Below, one piece after another: positions 52,560-64,000 of a stretch of DNA of 64,000 bases. Within the stretch, counting starts at the first letter, position 1. Each line of letters begins with the position of its first letter. The stretch covers positions 3,224,001 through 3,288,000 of the forward strand of contig JBHGNT010000020.1 of NCBI GenBank assembly GCA_043228905.1. Reading direction: 5' to 3'. The notes beneath the pieces are model-generated. The model did no database searches, had not been told where the DNA came from, and was given only the letters and a program-made list of their open reading frames with translations. The position numbers were made by a program, and so were the translations under genes. The DNA is from Azolla caroliniana. Its lineage: Eukaryota; Plantae; Polypodiophyta.

Positions 52560-53688
52560 AGTATCTTAGTGAAAGTTGAAAGACTGTGAGATGAGAAAGT
52601 ATGTGAAGCATGCCAATATGGAATGCAAAATAGGTTACCTTTCCCTCAGGAAAGACATATAAGCAAAAATTTGTTAGATTTGGTACATACAGATGTATGG
52701 GGACCAACAAAAAATGTCGCAATTGGTGGTTGTAGGTCCTATGTAACTTTTATTGATGATTGCTCAAGGAAAACATGGGTTTACTTCATGAAAGAGAAAA
52801 GTGAAGTATTTGATTGCTTTCGTAAGTTTAAATGCATAGTAGAGAAGCAAGCTAGAACTAGGATAAAATTCTTAAGATTTGATGGAAGAGGGGAGTACTT
52901 CTTAAATGAGTTTTCTGATTTTCTATGCAATCAAGGAATAAGGAGACAATTTACATGTCGATATACTGCACAGCAAAATGGATTGGCTGAGAGGAAAAAC
53001 AGAACTTTGATGGACATAGCAAGAGCTTTAATGAAAGAAAAAAACATGCCATTTTATTATTGGGCAGAAGTTGTAAACACAACAAACTTTATTGGTGAAG
53101 TTACTGAAAGAACATGGGATTTGGTGAAGTTACCGAAGGAAAGAAATGTTGTAGGGTGCAAATGGGTCTACAAAACAAAGCATGATTCAAATGGAAATGT
53201 TAGTAGACATAAAGCAAGACTTGTTGCAAAGGGATATGCCTAGATGCAAGGAATTTATTATGATAAAACATTTGCACCTGTTGCAAAGATGGCAATATTG
53301 ACGACACTACTTGTTGTAAGTGCAGCCAAAAGATGTGTTCTGCACCATATGGATGTAAAAAATGCTCTTTTACATGGTAATTTAGAAGAAGAAGTGTGTA
53401 TGTGTCAACCACCAGGTTTTGAAGATAAGAGGCATCCAGAATATGTATGTAGGCTAAAAAGGCTCTCTATGGATTGAAACGGGCACCGAGAGCATGGCAT
53501 AAAGAACTTTTAGAATCTCTGAAAAAAATTGCCTTCAAAATGTAAAAAATTGATCCTTCATTGTATGTGAAGAAGATGAATGATTGCATTGTTGTTATCT
53601 TGATATATGTTGATGACTTAATTATTGCAGGTGATTCTATGATTGAAATAAGGAACCTTAAGAAAAATCTTGAAATGCAATTTCATAT
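52560..53688 (+). mobile_element. pol: Copia integrase and RT fragments with an internal deletion
   Basis: LDLVHTDVWGP, QQNGLAERKNRT, KARLVAKGY, HMDVKNALLHG and LIYVDDL. Confidence 0.92.
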
Positions 53689-55440
53689 TGTTGAGACACA
53701 CGCTCAACATTGGCCGGATCGTCTGTGCAAGCCGACAACCGGATCGGTTGGGACCAATCGGTTAGGCCGGACTAGTGTGTAAACTGTTACGCAAACTAGT
53801 GCGCAACGAGAAGTCGTAGCAATGCGTAAACTGGGTGCGTAAACTGTTACGCAAACCAGCGTGCAAAGAGAAGCTATAGCGGTGTGTAAACCGCGAGGCC
53901 GTTAATATGGTATTCCTCGTAAGGAATAAATTTGGGAGTTAGTGTAGTAGGCTCATTTATGAGTAGTCAAGTCCTGTTAGTACTTGTGTTAGGTGTCAGG
54001 CGAATAGTCAGGGCTTGTATAAAAGGTGCTCACTGAGCACGAAGAATGTACAGAGCGTCATTATTTTGAAATAGAACTAAGTTGTTTGCTCTCTCTCTCT
54101 ATCTCTCCATCTCTATCTCCATCTCTGTGTTTTCTAAGCTTACCGAACTGTGTACTCTCTGTTTTTGCACATACTTCTGCACACATATTCTTTTACATGG
54201 TATCAACACACAGGGTTGAAGTCCTCTGCAGCCGACAAGAAAAGCTTGCGACAAAATAGAGTTGAAGTTGTTCTTCGTTTTTTTTTTTGGAAAAGAAAAA
54301 GACAACAATATGGACAGAGGTATGGGAAGCTCGCTATCGACTGAAAAGCTCGACAGAAGCAACTACGCATCGTGGTCGTACAAGATGCACCAGTACCTGC
54401 TCAGTCACGGCTACTGGAGTTATGTCGAAGAAGCTAATGATGTAGCACCCGATTCGACACACAGGGATTTTTCGGCCTGGGAACAAGCGGCAAGCGAAGT
54501 TCTCTACTGCTTTGCATCATGTGTGAGTGACCAGCTATTGAGCTATATTCGGGATGCTAAGATGCCAAAGGATGCGTGGGCGAATCTCAAAAAGATTTTC
54601 ACCGCAAGCACAACGGTTAGGAAGCTGCAGCTCAAGCAGGAGCTCAGTAATGTCCGGCAGAAAGATTTGTCTGTGGTTGATCACATAGCTCGAATCAAGG
54701 AAATTTGTGATGCTCTCACTTCCGTCAACGTGAACGTTGAGGAAGATGAAATGGTGCAGGTTTGTCTTGGTGGGCTAGCGTCCAGGTTCGGAGCCTTTCG
54801 AACGACTGTCTTTATGAGGGAGAATACACATTCGTTCTTTGAGTTTCAGTCAATGTTGCTCATGGAGGAAAATCACGCAAGTGCGTCGACGAGTATGCAC
54901 GCCGACGGCAAGATGTTGTACACGGAAGGAGATAGGCCTCATGGTCGTGGTGGATGAGGCGGATGCGCGCAATGAAGGCGGCCGGAAAGAGCAGAACAGG
55001 CGGCATAATCGAAATGCCAACAATAGTTCCGCACCCTCCACAAGCAGGGGGAGTCATGGCGATGCCGAAAGCCGGCAAGAAAAGGTCGGGTCGGAATGCT
55101 GGTACTGTGGCAAGAAAGGCCAGAAGGAGAGCGAGTGCTGGAAAGAGAGAGCCATTCCGGACAAAGCCCGAGTTCCACGCTTGGACCAAGCACATTGAGG
55201 TGCACTACCACTTTTTCCGCGAGTGGGTCCTTCCAGGTAAAGTCGAACTAGCGTATGTTCCGACGGATCGGCAGGTCGCCGACATCTTCACCAAGCCTCT
55301 TCGTCTCGACAAGTTACGACATTTATCAGATGAGCTAGGGTTGCGTCACCTCGACACGCCGAACTTGATGGGGAGAAAGGAAGAACAAGAACAAGAGCAT
55401 GAAAGGAGCGGAGGTGTTCATCACGGTGGAAGTAACTGTG
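53689..55440 (+). mobile_element. gag: Copia element: 5' LTR (53689-54197), PBS, gag, then deletion directly to the RNase H end
   Basis: TG..CA LTR with a 60-bp tandem repeat, TGGTATCA PBS at 54198, gag KLDRSNYASWSYKM..CWYCGKKGQKESEC, then TKHIEVHYHF..QVADIFTKPL. Confidence 0.9.
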
Positions 55441-56227
55441 ACGCGGAATTGGATGAAAATTCAATTTCTCTGAGTTGAAATAGAACATTGATACATTCCA
55501 CAATCTATTTTAGGTAAGCGCTTGAATTAATGTAAATAAGCACCAATTGCCCTCTTAATTCTTGTTGTCAATGGAGAGATTGGTGCAATTAATGTGTTTG
55601 ATATGTTACTAGCTTTTGAGTTTCTGCTTAGATGTCCCTTCAAAACATTCTATGGGCTTGGTCATCAACATATTTTTTGGGAAATGTTGTTTGTCATTAC
55701 TTTTCCTTATTCGAGTAAACCTCTACACCAAGTGTTTTAATTGCCGATGTTGATTAGACTCCAAATATTAGATATAAATATCGCCTGTGGAACATTACAC
55801 TTCATCCATTTGACATTTATCATGCGCCATTGAATCATCTCATGCGAAGATGTAGGAAACATCTTATATGCTAATATTTTTGTGTGCAATGTATTAATCT
55901 ACCAATACAGTGCACATAATAGCAATGTGTATACCAACTTTCACAAAGACTATAGTATAGAAGAAACATGTTCTATTTTAAAACTTGATAATATAGTTAA
56001 TGAACTTGAGCACTTCATGAATATGGAAGTAACACTTTGCAACTACTATGTAACATATACCATACCTAGGTGCATCATAGGAGAAATGGAAATGTGTAAT
56101 AACATATGAAATCATATCTTTATTAACCAATAAAGACAACTTTATTTTTGTGCATGATAGTTACATTATGAATCATGCATTGTCTTATGGAACATGATTA
56201 ACAATGGAATTGGAAAAGTGATTGAAT

Positions 56228-56476
56228 TTAATCATCATCTTCTGACGGAGTTGGAGCGGGAGGAATTGAAGATGAGGGAGGAGTCGATGGAGTAATAGGA
56301 TTTGAGGCAATAGGTGGAATAGGAATTGGAGAAATAGTTGGCCTTGGAATTATAGATGGACAAGGCTCAGGCTCAGGCTCATCAGCATAGGTTGTTGATG
56401 GCCCCTGAACGACTAAGATTGTCACGAAAAGAAAAATACACAAAAGTCGGAATCGTTGCAACTCCATCTTCCCCAT
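56228..56476 (-). CDS. Small secreted proline-rich peptide, copy D, 82 aa
   Basis: CDS and promoter appear identical to copy C. Confidence 0.8.
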   Translation of the reverse strand: MGKMELQRFRLLCIFLFVTILVVQGPSTTYADEPEPEPCPSIIPRPTISPIPIPPIASNPITPSTPPSSSIPPAPTPSEDDD

Positions 56477-57319
56477 GGTATAAAAGAATTTATAGATTGA
56501 ATAACACTTCAATATTGTATGGAGTATGTAATTAGGTTAGTCGGTGCTCCTAAGCTTCTTCCCCCGTGCCTTTATAGTGCCTCGATATCTTCACGTATCA
56601 TCAATGTCAATGAAAGATTTCAAAAATCATTAGTGATAATAATATCCATGGAAATTACAATCTTAGAGTGAAAATAAACAATAATTGTTTTGCCTTCCCT
56701 AATGTTGTCTAGGATTTTCTATTTCTTCATTTTCAAGCATTAGCTCATTACATTGATTTTGTTAAAGTATCGGTTTATTTAATGGGGGAGTACGGAATTT
56801 GAAATAGAAGTCCCGAAAATTTTAAGTACATGACTATGTGATTTCTTTCCATTTTTCAGCGAACGAAAACCTTAAAATAAGAAAAACATATATCACAAGC
56901 CATGAGATTTACATTTCAAGGGCTCCATGGGCAATTTACCTTGGAAATGGCAAAGTCACAGTCGATGCCATGTTTTGGTTAAATTGCTTGATAATGATGC
57001 TTGAGAAAAGTTTTCATGTAAATGATTATCAATAACAATCATCATGGAAATTAAAATGTTGGTGTTGTAAGGTAGACTGATTATTTTGCATGCCTTAATG
57101 TTTCGTTTAATTTCAAACTTGACATTTTGAAACAATTAATTTATTGAAATAATTTGGATGGTGCATAAACTTGTTTCATAAAAATATTGTAAATATTAGA
57201 AGAGAAGGAAACACTTATTTATATGTCTTAGTGAAATAGTTGAAAATCCAATGAGATTAAGTATCTTTTTTTGTGATAGTAAAAGCTTGAGATTCTAGGT
57301 TATTTTGTTAATGATAGTT

Positions 57320-58120
57320 GATTTCTCTCTTTCTTGAGTCTATTTTGGGGTTATGTAGCTCTAACCATGATGAACCAAGGATAATTGGACGCTTTTCCTA
57401 GTAATTATCTTAAAGAATATTACACATGCCAATTACCTAGCACAACACAAACGTGTTCGAACTCTTCTAAAGTCGAGGAAAATCTCTATCGTGAAGAAAG
57501 AATAAGCCCCAATATTGAGGAGTGTATGTTGCCTAAGACCACGACCCTGTTTGAATTATATTACTTCCTTAGGGAGGGTTTTTACTATGATCAATGCATG
57601 TGTGAGCTCTAATCTTGTATGGATGTCAATCAAAACTTTGGATGTCAATAAAAAATCCTATTATTGCATTGTAATGCTCCATTGATTGCAAGCCAGAAAT
57701 GTAAGGTGTAGATCCTTTACATCATTGCATATACTGAACTGAAACTATTCCGTTAATTCTTGGTCATCCCATGGAATATAGGTTGCCATGAGACAAAAAT
57801 CAACAACATAGACTAAGGGATAACCATCCCCTTATTGTAGCCTTCAGATTTTGTTGATTCTTGTTCTAACATGCCTTGAACTCACTAATGAACTCCTAAA
57901 AACTATTTAACAAGGGATAGATCCTTTTACCAATAATGGTGCAAACAAAGCTCATGTTTTACGACTCATTAATGTGTCTACTAATCCCACTCTCGATGGA
58001 TTAACTGAATAGTAGGAAGGATGCATTGCGATTGCAAAAAGTACTTGGTTAAGGAACCCGCCCAATTGTTATCGTGTTCCATAAAACTTCATGGAAAGAT
58101 TGATTTTTGGCTATTTAAGG
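57320..58120 (-). pseudogene. Fossil Tcn1-like gag-protease upstream of peptide gene D
   Basis: gag homologous to 28850-29320. Protease remnants LLNIGAYSFF and PIILGSSWLELHNPKIDSRKREI (also at ~37.0-37.2 kb and ~50.8-51.0 kb). Confidence 0.7.
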
Positions 58121-58228
58121 ATGGCTTAAGTTATTGCTCATTGTGGTAGAGAGAGAATAGGTACTTGTAACTGTTATAAATGTAATATCAATTCCTCATA
58201 TTGCTATTATAAATGAAAAGTTAATATA

Positions 58229-59560
58229 TGCAGAAGCTAAGACTAAATCGGGTAGCCGAATAGTAACAGAATACAGAGAGGTTTAGTAGAACCTTAAAAA
58301 CACAGAAGAGACAGAGAGAGAGAGCAGAACAATAATTTTAATTCGAATAATAATCCTCTATAAATACAATGTGCTCAATGAGAACTTTTATACAAGTCCT
58401 TAAAAAGGACTGAAAAGTACTTCAATGCCTATACAAGCGACTGACACTAAATCCAAAAATATGCCTACTCAACCAGCCTACTAGTTACAAGCCGATCTAG
58501 GTCTCCGACTTGGTTCCTAGTTCCGGATACCATTCGGACACCGATCCGATTCTTCATTCCATACTCCGATCCGGCTTTGGCTTGTTTAGCCTATCTAGGT
58601 CCGGTTGAGCTTGTCCACTCAACACTCCCCCTCAAGGTCAACTTGAGGTCAGATCATAGTGTAAGTGTTAGTGGTAGTCGGTCCTCTCCTCTGGCTCTTC
58701 CTAGCGTCCTCCCACGTAGCTCGCGCTCCTCGGCCGGTCCGGTTCAGCCTCCTGCGACACATCCGGTTCCATGCATTTCGACCTTCTTGGTCGGCTTGTC
58801 TGCTCAGAAGGCTTTATTGTTGTGACTACGGTGCATCTTGACCCGTTTGTTCCTCTATGTGGGTGTTAGCTTCCGCTACCTTCTTGTCCCTTTGGCCTTC
58901 AGTTGATCCCTCTCCTCCGAATCAAGCATGTCTTCCGAAATGGGTGACTCCGATTCGTTTAGGCTCTTTTCCGAATTGGTTGTCACAAATTCTTCTTCGG
59001 TCTTCAAACCCTGCACGACATCATACCATGCCCATCTGTTCGCCTTCTCGGCCTTCTTGGCTTTACCGCCCATTTTTTCAGTTGGCTCTGGCTTGGGCTT
59101 TCCGTTCCAGTGGCTCCCCTTACATCCAGTCTCGGCTTCTTCAGTCGACCCACGCACTCCGACTTCTTCAGTCGAGCCGACGTCGAAATCTGTTTTTGAC
59201 TCGGCTTTTCAGTCGTATTTTTCATTTCTACTATCATTCCTCCCCCTCAAGTTCGGCATATCGAGGTATCGCACACCCAATGCACCGGAAAATTGCCGCA
59301 ACTTGTCTAAGCCGAGGGATTTGGTGAAGATATTAGCAACCTGCCAATCCGTCGAAACATCAAGCAATTCCACTTCACCGGAGACAATGTACTCTCAAAA
59401 AAAATTATAATGCACCTCAATGTACTTAGGAAGGGCGCGAAAGACGGGGTTCTTTGCCAACTGGATGCTACTGTGGTTGTCGTAGTAGATCGTCGTGGGA
59501 TCAGACACCTCCATTTGTAGATCTTTCAGGAGCCTCTTGAGCCATAACAATCCAATGGGA
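58229..59560 (-). mobile_element. Copia 3' end (RNase H, extension, PPT, LTR 58229-58624)
   Basis: DNHSSIQLAKNPVF..KYIEVHY. Same insertion position as the LTR at 29412. Confidence 0.88.
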
Positions 59561-60704
59561 TAAAGTATCTTAGTGAAAGTTGAAAGACTGTGAGATGAGC
59601 AAAATATGTGAAGCATGCCAGTATGGAAAGCAAAACAGGTTACCTTTCCCTCAGGAAAGACATGTAAGCAAAAATTTGTTGGATTTGGTACATACAGATG
59701 TATGGGGACCAACAAAAAATGTCTCAATTGGTGGTTGCAGGTTCTATGTAACTTTTATTGATGATTGCTCAAGGAAAACATGGGTTTACTTCATGAAAGA
59801 GAAAAGTGAAGTATTTGATTGCCTTCGTAAGTTTAAATGCATGGTCGAAAAGCAAGTTGGAACTAGAACAAAATGCTTAAGATTTTATGGAGGAGAGTAC
59901 TTCTCAAATGAATTTTCTGATTTTCTATGCAATCAAGGAATAAGGAGACAGTTTACATGTCGATATACACCACAACAAAATGGAGTGGCTGAGAGGAAAA
60001 ACAGAACTTTGGTTAACACAGCAAGGGCTTTAATGACAGAAAAAATATGCCATTGTATTACTGGGTAGAAGCTGTTACAAACACAACAAACTTTATTCTA
60101 AATAGATGTATAACATCTGGAGTACATGAAGTAACTACTGAAGAATACTTCTATGGAAGGAAACCTATTTTAGGAAACTTAAAAGTGTTTGGATGCCTTG
60201 CTTATGTCCATGTACGTGTTGAAGTGAGAAGTAAGCTTGATCCAAAAGCTGAAAATGTGTTTTTGTTGGATATTTGTAGGAGCAAAAAGTGTATAGATGC
60301 TATAACACATTAACAAAAAAGATTGTGGTAAGCCGTGATGTAATATTTGATGAGTTGGGCAGTTGGTACAACCCAAAAGAAAATGTAGAAATTGATGAAG
60401 GCTGTGAAAATGAAGACAGAGAAAAATCTGAAAATGGAGATTGCCATGAAAACGGAAGCAATGTTGGACAACAAAGTTCAACATTGATAGCATGTACTGG
60501 ACCATCTGGAAGCTCAGGTAGTAAATCTTATTCAAATGTATGGAGTGGAAAAAATGTACGGCATAAAAAATATGATGATAAAAAGGGAAAACAGAAGATG
60601 CCAGAATATGAAATGCTTGATAATGTGTCTAGAAACATGGAAGATTTAGATTTAGATACATCATTGGATGATGAGCTTGGTATACGAGCATTGAAAATCC
60701 CTGG
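59560..60704 (+). mobile_element. pol: Copia integrase fragment
   Basis: CEACQYGKQ, HTDVWGP, YTPQQNGVAERKNRT, LKVFGCLAYVH and SRDVIFDE. Confidence 0.93.
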
Positions 60705-63700
60705 TGTTACCGGCTGGCAAGAAGGCTTAAGGAGGTCCAAACAAGAGTGTGAAAAGGAATAGTTTATTCGGGAACTGTTGTAATTAGTAGTCTTAATATA
60801 TGAGAAGAAGTGGACGGATGGACCGGAATCGGTATGCCGATCCGGATCCGGACCGATCCCGGATAGGTGCTGGTTGGCACCGTTTTGTATTTCGCACCGG
60901 AGACCTATATAAAGGCCCGGTTACAATGTAATTGAGAGTGGATAATTAATAGAACTTATTGCCTTAATCTTTTAGTATTGATTACCGTTCTGTACTCATT
61001 GTTATATCTTACGTGTGTTAATGATGTGTTGCTAAGTAATCGATTAAGGTCTAATTAAGTGTTGTGCCGTGAGTTCATCTTGCTGTAACACCCTTTGGTG
61101 AAGTGTCCTAAGTGGACACCCTGTGTTAGGCTGTTGTCCGGCCCTAGGATTAACATAGTTTTTGGCGACCACGATTCCTGCACAATTGCAGTGAACAACG
61201 GCGGGAATGGATGACTAGGACAAGAGACAACCCGGTTACGGAGAGAGCACGAAGACTTGCTGAATGGCGAAGGCGGCGACAGGCTTTCCAGCAAGCAGCG
61301 GAGGAAATCCGATCGGATCGATCATTTTCCAAAGTGATCCGGAAAGTGGCGGAGGAGTCGCTCCATCTGCACCAAAACGCCTACCCGGATGAAGGAAGCA
61401 ACTTCAGCAGTCTCTGAGAAGCGGAATCCCTTCTCCAGGCATTGGCCGGAAGAGACGGCGAATCCGAAGCATTTTCAGCGCTGGAATCGGATTCGGAAGG
61501 GGGTTACAACGCGCACATGAACTATCGCAGCAGTAACGACACCCCAGGAGGACCAGAGGACGAGGAGTCAGATACAGTACCGACACCGGAATTAGAGTTG
61601 GCAGACCGGGAACCTCCGGCACTCGACGTGGAGCAACCTCCGGAGACGGAAGAAGACAAAGAAAGACCTCCGGCACCGGAAGTCGAGCCGACAACACCAA
61701 GGGAAGACCGGCAAAGAACTCTGACGCCGACGGAACAGAAGGAAAGACCACCGACACCGCCAGCCCGCGTACCGACACCGGACGATGACATGCCATTGCA
61801 ATACTCCAAGTATAGGGATGACCTGGCCGCGGAGGCTCATGTTCACGCGTTTCAGCAAACGTGGGAGGCGAACCATGTGTCACAACGGTTAACCGCGGCC
61901 GAAGAGGAACGATCTAAGATAGCCGAATTCGACGTGACATTGGAAGGACCGGCCGCCAGATGGCACCAGACACATGACCCCAGCACCATCACCACCTTTG
62001 CAGACCTGAAAGAAAAATTCTTGCACTTCTTTCAGATGGAGGTGGACTAGAGAGAAATGGTGGGCCTATTCTATACCATCCGGTAGGACCCCGGGGAGAG
62101 CATTCCGCAGTTTGTCATCCGGTTTCAACGGATGCATAGTCAGCTTACCCGTGCACCTCCGGAGGAAGAAACACGGGCTATATTTTTAGCCGCGCTCCGG
62201 GAACCTCTACGAACGGTATGCACGGTCGTCGACTTTCGCACAAGCACCGGCGACCAGGTCATCGACTGGGTTAGAGAAATGGAAAAAACGAGCTCTTGGC
62301 TAACAATGGGAGCCCTCCAACGAGCGTTACCAACCGAGGAGGATCTCCGTTTCCGGCAAGCAATCCAATGCACGACATGCTTGAATTCCGGACACTCGGC
62401 ACTGGAGTGCACCATGCGGACGCACTGCTTACTCTGCCAATCTCAAGGCCAGATGATGGACTGGTGCAAATATAACTTATTCAATCGGAAAGCACCACTA
62501 GTCCGGCAAATCGAGCCACGTAGCAGTCGAGACGAAGAAGATGAACATTGGCGGCGAGAAGAACGATATCGACCCGCACAGGATGTCCGGTACGGCGATC
62601 GACGAAACAACTATGACCGGTACGACAGATATGACAGGTACCGCGATTACAATGGACGGTACGAGCATTACAACTAGGATCACTCCCCCGGGTATCACCA
62701 ATGACAGGAAGATTACGGGAGATATGATGACCAACCCCGTCAAGGTTACCGCAACAAAAAGAACTTTAATAAAAAACGACATTTCAAAAAAGGGAGCCAC
62801 TCATGTGAACCAGAAAAATGCGCCTCAAGCAGCCAACCGGACCAAAGCCCCGTGGTTACCACAGGTCCTCCACCGGGTACAGGAAAAATTGCTGAATTCA
62901 GCAATACCCGGAAAGCATATTGCTATTATTGCCAGCAAGAAGGACATTATATTAATCAATGTTTGGCAAAGAGCTATGATAAACGACCGGCAGTAAACAT
63001 CGTAGTCGCCGAAGTCGCAGACCTACAGCAGGTCACCACAAAGTCGTAGGGCAAGACGACAGAATGGGAGACACAAGAGGCCATCCGGAAGCAGGCAACG
63101 GAATGGGTGAAAAAGGCAAATGAGCAAAACGTAGCAGAACTTGCGCAACAATAGGAGAACACCGAAGAGCTCGCCGACCGTAGTCAGACCGAAAATGCGA
63201 CATGGCAGGCCTTGCAGGAGTGCCAAATCACGCTGCCATTAGGAAGGCTCCTGCAACTTGTGCCCAGATTCACCGAAGGACTCAAGAAAGGCATGACGGC
63301 AGGAGAAACACCACCGGCATCAGCATTCTTCTCAAATTCGGAAGAGGGACTGATGGTGGTAGACACAAAGAGTCTGGCGATCACGGCCACCGTGAAGGGA
63401 AAAGAGTTACCCGGAACAGTAATAGATGGAGGATCCGGCGTCAATGTGATTAGCCTCCGAACATGCACAAACCTGGGAATCCAAGAGTGGGAACCATGCC
63501 CGTTCTGGCTACGGATTGCGGATACTAGCTCAGTGCGACCGACCGGCTTGATGCGAGATTTGGAAGTAACAATCGGCAGCCACACATTTCGCACCTCGGC
63601 AGTAGTGCAACAATTACAGGCACAAGGTGCATACCCGCTATTATTGGGGCGGCCATGGCTAAAAACGACGCACATTAAACAAAATTGGAGGAAGAACATA

Positions 63701-64000
63701 ATCACCTTCCGGCGGGGAAAAGCAAAAGTACGGGTACCGACACAACCACAGACGGGTACCGGGAAGGAATTGACACCCCTATATGCCGAATGTGTCAATA
63801 TGTTGGACGGATTAGCAGACGAAGAGGTGGATCAATACTTGCAAGATAATCCAAAGATAGTACCTCTGTTTGAAATCGAGATAGGTGAAGCCGTATCACC
63901 ATACATACTGCCACCGGACGGAGCGGACAAAGAACCAAATAAAGAAGCAATCCGGGAGCTACGGCAAGCACAAGAAGCGCTGGAAAGAGAAATGGTTGTA
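60705..64000 (+). mobile_element. Ty3/Gypsy retrotransposon 5' part: LTR (~60705-61155), tRNA-Arg PBS (61163-61172), gag, protease; runs off the right edge
   Basis: TGTTA..TAACA LTR with TATATAAA, PBS TGGCGACCAC, gag with knuckles CTTCLNSGH..C and CYYCQQEGH..C, protease IDGGSGVNV. Related to the 1-7305 element (shared WEPCPFWLR). Confidence 0.9.

Noticed and set aside
1-64000. Gypsy elements at both window ends as two halves of one element
   Set aside because: They are in opposite orientation, both contain gag and protease, and their DNA is diverged; they are independent related insertions.

Overview
Eukaryotic, transposon-dense nuclear DNA from a land plant, most likely a fern or another non-seed plant. 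This is inferred from the PLS-class PPR remnants and Tcn1-like chromovirus gag. Most of the window is nested, decayed mobile elements: Ty3/Gypsy (1-7.3 kb, 32-34.5 kb, 42.6-48.3 kb, 60.7-64 kb), a gag-only LTR element with a tRNA-Trp PBS, several Ty1/Copia pieces, L1-type LINEs, a hAT MITE and a hAT transposase pseudogene, and a TIR element of probable Mutator type. The only apparently intact host-like genes form a tandem family of intronless 82-aa secreted Pro-rich peptides: three intact copies (26404-26652, 49696-49944, 56228-56476, minus strand) and one disrupted copy, each in a rearranged segmental duplication. The other notable structure is an array of about 14-16 51-bp palindromes with AT-rich spacers (39.7-41.6 kb), lying between two divergent pseudo-ORFs inside the TIR element. 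All alignments and translations outside the supplied ORF track were done by eye, so boundaries of degraded elements are approximate.
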